DNA of 64,000 bases, taken from positions 32,001-96,000 of the forward strand of contig JBBSXO010000006.1 in assembly GCA_038045705.1 (NCBI GenBank), given 5' to 3'. Shown here one piece after another: positions 57,224 to 64,000 of the stretch. A program made the translations under genes and the position numbers. A model generated the notes under the pieces. The model saw only the letters and a list, made by a program, of their open reading frames with translations. It was not told where the DNA came from and searched no databases. Position 1 is the stretch's first letter. Each line of letters begins with the position of its first letter. This DNA comes from Nanobdellota archaeon (lineage in GTDB: Archaea; Nanobdellota; Nanobdellia; Pacearchaeales; GW2011-AR1).

Positions 57224-57795
57224 TGTTGCCAGAGATATTTATCATAAGGCATCCAGAAACAATCAATAATAAAGAAAAGATCATTGAAGATCCTATGGGA
57301 GGAGATTTATCTGAATATGGTAAATCTCAGATACCTGATGCAGTTAAGAGTTTATTATCTTTAGAAATTTCTAAAGTATACTCTAGCGATTCTGCACGAT
57401 GTAAAGAACTTGCTGAAGCATTTTCTAATGAATCTGAGATAGATATCCATTATGATCCTATGCTTCGCGAAGTCAATAGTGGAGATTGGATCGGCATGAA
57501 AAAAATAGAAGTTAAAAAGCTTATAGCACAGAATAAAAGACCAAGAAATGGAGAAAATTTAGATCAATTAATGCAAAGAGCTAAAGTTGTCCTTAACAAA
57601 TTAATTCAAGAAAAAGGTAGAATATTATTAATCACTCATGGTTGTCTAAGTAAAATGATTATAGGTGCAACAATGAATATGGGTGCTTATGAAGCAGATG
57701 AAAAAGTAAGCATAAAAAATTGTCAGATAATAAAATTGGATTTCAAAAATATAGGGTCAAAACAGATTCCACTTATTCAAAACAGAAAAAATTAG
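57223..57795 (+). CDS. Histidine phosphatase family protein
   Basis: RHPET, SSDSAR, LRE and ITHG motifs. Confidence 0.88.
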   Translation: MLPEIFIIRHPETINNKEKIIEDPMGGDLSEYGKSQIPDAVKSLLSLEISKVYSSDSARCKELAEAFSNESEIDIHYDPMLREVNSGDWIGMKKIEVKKLIAQNKRPRNGENLDQLMQRAKVVLNKLIQEKGRILLITHGCLSKMIIGATMNMGAYEADEKVSIKNCQIIKLDFKNIGSKQIPLIQNRKN

Positions 57796-57818
57796 AGGTA
57801 TAGTGATTGGATTAATTA

Positions 57819-58133
57819 ATGAGGAACACACTACAAAAAGAGAAAAGTAAAGAAAATCTTTTATCTGAGATGCTCTCATATCTCGAACCAAAGGAAACTA
57901 TCCAAATTAATGGGAAACTTTCTTATAAGGAAAGTTTAGGTTCTTGGAATGTAATTCAATTGCAAAAAGAGATTATTGATTTATTTCCTCAACTTAGAGA
58001 GAAAAGAAGTAATTTTGGTTATACTATGTTCTATAATCGCTCGTTTAAGGAATCGAGAAAAATAATTGATGAGCTAGAAAAAAACGGGGTTGTTCCTATT
58101 TTTCTGTTGTTAGGTAAGGTAAAAGAAAGATAG
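57819..58133 (+). CDS. Hypothetical protein
   Basis: 104-aa ORF; no recognised motif. Confidence 0.6.
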   Translation: MRNTLQKEKSKENLLSEMLSYLEPKETIQINGKLSYKESLGSWNVIQLQKEIIDLFPQLREKRSNFGYTMFYNRSFKESRKIIDELEKNGVVPIFLLLGKVKER

Positions 58134-58180
58134 TAAACTAGAATCTGAAGTTTTTTATATCATCGATATCTAGAGATTTT

Positions 58181-59149
58181 ATGAAAAAAGAACCAATCTC
58201 AAAGAGACAGCATTATGTTAATCAAGCTTACTTAAAAAATTTTAGAATAGAAAGTACGGAAGATAGTTTATTTATGTATGATAAAGAGAAAATGTCTATT
58301 GCTAGGGTAAAAACTGCAAATGTAGCCAGCGAGAATTTCTTTTATGATAGGACAGAAGAGCGCATTATAGAGAAGACTTTAGCAGAATTTGAAGGTAAAT
58401 GTAATGTTATCTTAAAAAAGGTCATCGAAAAGGAAGATTTAGACCAATTAATTAGTGAAGAAAAGGAGCTTTTAGCGACGTTTTTAGCAGTTCAATTTTT
58501 AAGATCAAAAGAATTAAGAATTGATTATAAACAGATTGCAGAGGCTGTTTTAGAAAGGGTTGCTGAGAAAATAGTTCCAGATTTTAAGAAAGGAGATATT
58601 AAAGTCGTAGAAGATTCTTTATCTGGACTTCATGTACATACGATTTTTAAAGAATCTGGACATTTTGCAAAATTATTTCTTGATAAATCATGGAAATTAT
58701 GTATCAATAATTCCTCTATTCCTTTTTGGACTTCCGATAATCCTTGTGCAATACATAACGATCTTGAGCCAGAACCATTCAAAAGCAATCTAGGAATTGA
58801 ATGTAAGGGCTTTCAGTTGCATTTTCCATTATCTTCAAGGTTACTCTTAATAATTATTGACAAAAACATTAAGGTAATTGATTTAAGTAATGCAAAAGAA
58901 ATAAAATATCCAAAAAAGAGAAGTTTTTACAGGAATATAGATAAGAAACTAGACGTTCCTTTATTTACTTTAATGCCTCCAAAGGAATTTGTTGGAGGGG
59001 ACAGAGTTACTTTTGAGAATAATTTGCAGGTAATATCTGCGACAAGATTTATCTTTTCTTCAAATGAAGATTTTTCTCTTGCTGACAAATATTTAAAAGA
59101 ACAACCGATACATAGAAATGCAAATAGAGGAAGATTTAAAGTAATGTAA
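58181..59149 (+). CDS. DUF4238 domain protein
   Basis: RQHYVNQAYLKNF, FWTSDNP and FPLS motifs. Confidence 0.85.
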   Translation: MKKEPISKRQHYVNQAYLKNFRIESTEDSLFMYDKEKMSIARVKTANVASENFFYDRTEERIIEKTLAEFEGKCNVILKKVIEKEDLDQLISEEKELLATFLAVQFLRSKELRIDYKQIAEAVLERVAEKIVPDFKKGDIKVVEDSLSGLHVHTIFKESGHFAKLFLDKSWKLCINNSSIPFWTSDNPCAIHNDLEPEPFKSNLGIECKGFQLHFPLSSRLLLIIIDKNIKVIDLSNAKEIKYPKKRSFYRNIDKKLDVPLFTLMPPKEFVGGDRVTFENNLQVISATRFIFSSNEDFSLADKYLKEQPIHRNANRGRFKVM

Positions 59150-59205
59150 TTGACTATCAATTTAATATCTAAAATTTTAAAATCTCCTAATGATTTCGGA
59201 GAATT

Positions 59206-59775
59206 ATGAAAAAAGAATGCGTTGAACATTACAATAAGATTAAGATAAGTAATATCAGCATACTTAGTTCTAACAAAAAGTTAAGCGACTATGAGAGAAA
59301 TTTAAAACTAGAATATGCCCGAGAAGAGCAATACGAGTCTGACTCATTTAATCTTAAACTTGCAGATAGTAGATGTAACTTGGGTGGTTGGCGTCTCTGG
59401 TTTATGTGTCAAGGGTGCGAAAAGAAAGTTGGAACCCTATTCTACAAATATGACCCTCAAAATCTAAGATGTAGAAACTGTTTAAATCTTACTTATGAGG
59501 CAAGACAGAATAAAAGAAAAGAGGCATTTCATCTTATTGGTAATGCAATAAGGCTTAAACAAAAATATGATTTAATAGGAGAAAGGCTGTTAAGGAAAGG
59601 AATACATGCAAAGACTCGCCTCAGACTTTGGTCAGAAAAAACAATATTAGGGGAAGAACTAATAGAAGTTCTAGCCTTACAAAAAGAAGTCTTATCCAAT
59701 AATTCTGTTAAATATGGAAAAAGAATGCAAGAACTAATAGAAAATAAAAAATTAGATTTTACAACAAGACCATAA
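59206..59775 (+). CDS. Zinc-finger protein of mobile elements
   Basis: GGWRLWFMCQGC...CRNCLNLTY. Confidence 0.65.
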   Translation: MKKECVEHYNKIKISNISILSSNKKLSDYERNLKLEYAREEQYESDSFNLKLADSRCNLGGWRLWFMCQGCEKKVGTLFYKYDPQNLRCRNCLNLTYEARQNKRKEAFHLIGNAIRLKQKYDLIGERLLRKGIHAKTRLRLWSEKTILGEELIEVLALQKEVLSNNSVKYGKRMQELIENKKLDFTTRP

Positions 59776-59797
59776 TTACAATTTTCTATTACCTTCT

Positions 59798-60016
59798 TTA
59801 TCTAAAATTATTCTTTCCTTTTACATATTTTATAAGAACTAAGAAAATTCCTAAAATAACAGACACTACTCCTGAAGAAGAGTTGCTTAGTGGAAATGAA
59901 GGATAAAGAGCCTTTGCAATTAATAGAGCCATGTAGATTACCACTGCTGAAACAAAGAAGACTCTAAAAGCTCCTATAATATCCCCTACAACATTATCAG
60001 ACCAGTGTTTAGCCAT
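59798..60016 (-). CDS. Small membrane protein
   Basis: Two hydrophobic helices. Confidence 0.6.
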   Translation of the reverse strand: MAKHWSDNVVGDIIGAFRVFFVSAVVIYMALLIAKALYPSFPLSNSSSGVVSVILGIFLVLIKYVKGKNNFR

Positions 60017-60067
60017 AGAAATTATGATTATCCTAAATATTTAAATTCTTTCAACCTTTATAAAAAT

Positions 60068-60601
60068 ATGGGAAATAGAGAGTATCAAGTATGGGATAAA
60101 AAAGGAGAAGGAGAAGAGTCTTGGATGCAATTTAGAAGATTTGCAGTATCTTATAGAAAGGCTTTTCAAACATGTATTAAAAAAGAAGTTGAAGATGCAT
60201 CAAACGGCTTAATATTTGATGATGAAGATATTTTTCCATCTTTGTTATTATTCAATCATTATGTAGAACTCTCTTTGAAAGCCTTACTTGAAAAATCTGG
60301 AAGCAACTTTAAAAGTCATATTTTAAAAGATTTATTAGAAGAGGTTGAAAAGAACTATCCTGACTTTAAACTCAGCAACTTACCAAGAAAATTAATAACT
60401 GATATTGATTTAATTAACCCAGCTAGACCTTTATTAGACCACGAAGGTTTTAGGTATCCTTTAGATAATAAAAGAAATAAGATCTGGGTTACTGAAAGAA
60501 ATAATCATGCTTTTATTGTTCTTGGTGGAGTTCATACTTCTTCAATAAATCTAATAAATGAGATAGAAGCTTACTTTAAAGATAAGATAATAAAAGCTTA
60601 G
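60068..60601 (+). CDS. HEPN-like domain protein
   Basis: HYVELSLKALL, SH.L..L and FRYP pattern; start placed at ATG 60068. Confidence 0.6.
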   Translation: MGNREYQVWDKKGEGEESWMQFRRFAVSYRKAFQTCIKKEVEDASNGLIFDDEDIFPSLLLFNHYVELSLKALLEKSGSNFKSHILKDLLEEVEKNYPDFKLSNLPRKLITDIDLINPARPLLDHEGFRYPLDNKRNKIWVTERNNHAFIVLGGVHTSSINLINEIEAYFKDKIIKA

Positions 60602-60618
60602 TATTCTAATAATTTAAT

Positions 60619-61047
60619 ATGACTACAAAAAACACAATCCGTAATTCAGATAGATCAAAGTTAAATAAACATAAGAAGACCATTTTAGAGCATTATTTAT
60701 CTAGCTTTAATTCAGAACATTTTTGCAATAGGTGTAAGAAAGTCTTGCCCTTGCCAGAACTTGAGATACATCATCTTAGCTATGAAACTGAAAGTTATCG
60801 CTATGGAGAAATAGTTTGCAGACCTTGTCATGAGGCTACCGAAAAAGGTATTATTTCTTCTTTTCATGAGCAAAAAAACACAGGTATTCAGAATGTCTTT
60901 GTATTTCAGAAATATTTATCTGGAATGGCAATTATCTCTAGATTAGAAGACGGAAGAATCTTGCAGAGGATGAGATTAAGACTTAGAGCTGGGGAAGAAG
61001 TAAAACCATTAGTTTTAATGGGGATTTTTACAGATAGAAAGATATAA
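60619..61047 (+). CDS. HNH-like endonuclease
   Basis: CNRC...LEIHH...VCRPCH. Confidence 0.7.
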   Translation: MTTKNTIRNSDRSKLNKHKKTILEHYLSSFNSEHFCNRCKKVLPLPELEIHHLSYETESYRYGEIVCRPCHEATEKGIISSFHEQKNTGIQNVFVFQKYLSGMAIISRLEDGRILQRMRLRLRAGEEVKPLVLMGIFTDRKI

Positions 61048-61071
61048 ATTAGGTTTCTTGATAGAGTTTTC

Positions 61072-61377
61072 ATGGAAATTGTTAAACAAATATTGGCAAC
61101 AGTTCTATTTTTAGCAATGGCTTATGTTGCCTTTGATGTAAGCTTATTATTTTTTATTTTCTTCATTTTAGGTGGAATATATTCTCTGATATTTCATGAT
61201 GCTTGGGAAAGACCAGGGGTTCCAATTTTATGGTTTGCTGGAGGGCTTATTTGTAGAGTAGCTTTATCAGGAATATTGCTTCCAATCTTGAAATATGAAA
61301 ATTTAATAGATCTAGTTATAGGATTATTTGCTTTCGGAGTAGTTTATTTAATAGGTCACAGAGTTAGGAATGGATGA
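61072..61377 (+). CDS. Small membrane protein
   Basis: Mostly hydrophobic 101-aa ORF. Confidence 0.65.
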   Translation: MEIVKQILATVLFLAMAYVAFDVSLLFFIFFILGGIYSLIFHDAWERPGVPILWFAGGLICRVALSGILLPILKYENLIDLVIGLFAFGVVYLIGHRVRNG

Positions 61378-61962
61378 ATGATGCCTAAAACCTTTGAAAA
61401 ACAACAACTAACAATAAATTGGATTTTAGTAGGCATAGCTATAATTGGACTATATTTCACACACCTTCAAATTAATATAAATGATCAAAATACTAAGTTA
61501 TATGAACAGACTGTAAGACCAAATATAAAAATAAGTTCTTACAATCTTGACAGTAACCTTGAGGTTTATTATCGGAATAGAATTTCTGCTATAAATCTAG
61601 ATAATTCTTCTGGTACGGTTCTTAATTTTTTCATTACCAATATCGGAAAAATTGATGCTAAATGGGTTTCCATTATGATAAATAATTCATGGGCATCAAA
61701 TATCCGTTTAAATTTTGATAACATATCTTCAGGAGAAACCGAATTTGGACAGATAATCATGACTACAAGAGAGTGCCAAGATTGGAACATATTTGGAAAA
61801 TCTGAAGGAAAAAGTTTAGATTCTTGCAAAGCAAGTGAGAATAATATAAGTTTAGGAAAGGAAAATATAGAACTTAAAATAGAATGTATAAATTGCGACC
61901 CTCCAACCCAATATCAAGATTTAGAAGTTTGCTTTGAAAGTATTAATAACAATATTTGCTAA
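61378..61962 (+). CDS. Membrane-anchored Ig-like hypothetical protein
   Basis: N-terminal helix, ITNIGKIDA strand motif, several Cys. Confidence 0.6.
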   Translation: MMPKTFEKQQLTINWILVGIAIIGLYFTHLQININDQNTKLYEQTVRPNIKISSYNLDSNLEVYYRNRISAINLDNSSGTVLNFFITNIGKIDAKWVSIMINNSWASNIRLNFDNISSGETEFGQIIMTTRECQDWNIFGKSEGKSLDSCKASENNISLGKENIELKIECINCDPPTQYQDLEVCFESINNNIC

Positions 61963-61977
61963 AATCAAAGGATTAGG

Positions 61978-61999
61978 TTTATACAAGTCGTTTAAAAAA
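61978..61999 (+). repeat. Internal copy of the left-end/integrase-promoter motif
   Basis: TTTATACAAGTCGTTTAAAAAA matches 33625-33646 at 21/22. Confidence 0.75.
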
Positions 62000-62073
62000 T
62001 ATCAAAAATGCCACAAAACTAATAAATAAAATGAATGGACAAGACTTAATTACATCTAAATGTTAGAGAAAAT

Positions 62074-63105
62074 ATGCCTCAGAAAACTATGATCTATGAA
62101 ATAAAAGAAATGAAACAACAAGAAAATAATAAATCTGTTAGTCATAAGTATAGACTTATAGGTGTAATTATAGGGGCAATTATTAGTGCTATATTTTTAG
62201 TTTCCATCCTAATGAGTAATCCATTTAGTATCCAAAATCTTATGTTTGGAGCAATACCTTTTATTATTTGGATAATCTTAGGATTATATATTGGGCACTC
62301 TATAGAAAGAAAACATTATAGGACTTTGATGGTTTTCTCAATATTTTTTATTATTCCAATCATACTTAATCTTGCTGGTCCAGTAAATGAATTTATTTAT
62401 CCTGAAAGCACTTTTAGTGAGAAGATTACTATAAGATTTGATTCTGTTAACTCAGACAATAAATCCTATGTTAATTATGATAATCCCCTTTTGGATAGTA
62501 CTGCTGTTTGGAATTCAGTTTATAATGCAACAGTAATTAAAGATGGCTATGTCGATGGGGTTGGTGATAAAAAATACTTCTTAACCAAAGGTACTAAAAT
62601 AACTCTAGAAAAGGGTGATGGAAATATTAGTAAAATTTATAATAATTACATTAAAACAGGCGTAGAGCCAAAATTGGCAGAGAATTATATCCAACAAAGC
62701 TATGGGAGTCGTACACCACCAATAATTGGAGAAAATTATGAAGTGATACTGTTTAGTGGGGATGGCAAATCATTTTCCTTCCAACATTATGTGGATGATA
62801 AAGGTCTAACTCTATCACAAGAGTATGGTAAAAAAACAGCCTTGTCTAATGGCTTATTTTCTCTTGTTATTCTATCAACTCCAATTTATGTTTTTACTTA
62901 CGGCTTTTTTATATGGTATATGTTTTTAATAATGACTTATGGTTTAGGACTAATCTTTATTATTTTGGGGTTATTTATCACAAATTGGGCATCTAAAGAT
63001 CACGTGGGAAATATAAGAAGAATTGATTTCTTAATAATTTTCTTACAATATCTAACTTGTTTGGGAACGATTATTACTTTAACGGGCATATTACCAACTT
63101 GGTAA
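62074..63105 (+). CDS. Membrane protein with extracellular loop
   Basis: About three N-terminal and three C-terminal helices. Confidence 0.7.
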   Translation: MPQKTMIYEIKEMKQQENNKSVSHKYRLIGVIIGAIISAIFLVSILMSNPFSIQNLMFGAIPFIIWIILGLYIGHSIERKHYRTLMVFSIFFIIPIILNLAGPVNEFIYPESTFSEKITIRFDSVNSDNKSYVNYDNPLLDSTAVWNSVYNATVIKDGYVDGVGDKKYFLTKGTKITLEKGDGNISKIYNNYIKTGVEPKLAENYIQQSYGSRTPPIIGENYEVILFSGDGKSFSFQHYVDDKGLTLSQEYGKKTALSNGLFSLVILSTPIYVFTYGFFIWYMFLIMTYGLGLIFIILGLFITNWASKDHVGNIRRIDFLIIFLQYLTCLGTIITLTGILPTW

Positions 63106-63184
63106 GACAGAGGCGACTTCTGACTTTTCTAATCAATCACTTTCATCTAGACAAAACTTATAAACTCTGCAAGTCTTTAGAATG

Positions 63185-63233
63185 TTGTATAAAACTTGTA
63201 CATAAAACATTCCACTCTAATCGCAAAACGGGG
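63185..63233 (-). repeat. Right terminal imperfect inverted repeat
   Basis: TTGTATAAAACTTGTA and AATCGCAAAACGGGG mirror the left end. Confidence 0.85.
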
Positions 63234-63239
63234 AGTATG

Positions 63240-63252
63240 CCGGGACGGGCGT
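63240..63252 (+). repeat. attR core (13 bp)
   Basis: CCGGGACGGGCGT, a duplicate of the tRNA-Asp 3' end. Confidence 0.9.
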
Positions 63253-63429
63253 AAGCCTATTGTGGCATTTTCTAGAGACTGTAAAAACTATTTTGCGAGA
63301 GTCCCAGCAAAATACCAAGATGGTGGTACGCCCTGCCCGGGCTGAATCCCATTCTGGTATTTTCAAGAAACTCACAAGATAGCTCATTAGGTAGCAGTCG
63401 CTTTTTTAAGCGATTTGATACGGAAGAGC

Positions 63430-64000
63430 ATGAAAATAGACCCATACAACCACGAAGAAAAATACAAAGCTTGGAGAGAAAGAGTTACCAATGGTATTCC
63501 CGATATTTCCAAACAAAATTCTGATTTAATACTGACTTATCTGAAAGATATGGAACTAGGAATAAATATTGGAAATGGTAGCACTAAAGGTGCTAGAGGC
63601 TATAACAGATTAAATTCCTTAAGGGATAAACTATGTTTCTTCTCAAAACAATTTAAGTCGCATTTTGATATAGATAATATAACAACCATTTCTGAAGACC
63701 AGTTAGTTGGTTTCTTTGCAAAAATGACTTCAGGTGATATCAAACGTATAGATGGAAAAACTTACACATCAGTAGATACCTATTCCAAAATCTTTAGAGC
63801 ATTTTGGCATTGGTGGCAAAAAGTAAATCGTAAAAAAGGAGTCGATATTAAGGATATAACTACAGACTTAGATACGAGACAAAAAAAGCCAAAATGGGTA
63901 TACATGACTGAAGAAGAAGTCAAGAAATTAACAGAAAACGCTCGTTTCGATTATAAGGTGCTAATCTATTTCTTGTTTGATTCTGGAATCAGATCTCCTA
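63430..64000 (+). CDS. Second tyrosine integrase, paralogue of 33667 (runs off window end)
   Basis: Manual translation MKIDPYNHEEKYKAWRE...IFRAFWHWWQKVNRKKGVDIKDITTDLDT...LFDSGIRSP; not in the ORF track. Confidence 0.92.
   Translation, partial: MKIDPYNHEEKYKAWRERVTNGIPDISKQNSDLILTYLKDMELGINIGNGSTKGARGYNRLNSLRDKLCFFSKQFKSHFDIDNITTISEDQLVGFFAKMTSGDIKRIDGKTYTSVDTYSKIFRAFWHWWQKVNRKKGVDIKDITTDLDTRQKKPKWVYMTEEEVKKLTENARFDYKVLIYFLFDSGIRSP

Larger units (their letters stand above)
33572..63252. mobile_element. tRNA-Asp-integrated element (ICE-like, ~29.7 kb)
   Basis: 13-bp att direct repeats, adjacent tyrosine integrase, inverted end repeats, T4SS-like genes, methyltransferase and cargo. Confidence 0.9.

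Noticed and set aside
63057-63254. 65-aa ORF over the right end
   Set aside because: Spans the terminal repeat and attR; likely spurious

Overview
AT-rich archaeal DNA read with the standard code. Archaeal-type TrpRS, TrmB regulators, uS10, TATA boxes about 25 bp before largely leaderless genes and a patchy metabolism suggest a DPANN lineage such as Pacearchaeota/Woesearchaeota (inference). Positions 1-33.5 kb hold housekeeping and stress genes: pdhA, IleRS with a non-canonical ALHH motif, TrpRS, a thyA-folA-tmk cluster, a Ca-type P-ATPase, two toxin-antitoxin pairs, tRNA-Ser(GGA) and tRNA-Asp(GTC). Positions 33572-63252 are an apparently complete ~29.7 kb element integrated in tRNA-Asp, bounded by a 13-bp direct repeat and ~50-bp imperfect terminal inverted repeats. 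It encodes a tyrosine integrase, an MT-A70 methyltransferase and a minimal T4SS-like module (pilin, VirB6-like, PrgI-like, VirB4). That module has no recognisable relaxase or coupling protein, but its VirB4 carries a C-terminal PD-(D/E)xK-like nuclease domain. The cargo is a cluster of large secreted proteins, a nine-gene radical-SAM/nucleotide-processing locus and defence-like genes. A second, related integrase starts right after attR, so the site looks like a tandem integration hotspot. All calls come from motif recognition by eye; no database searches were run.
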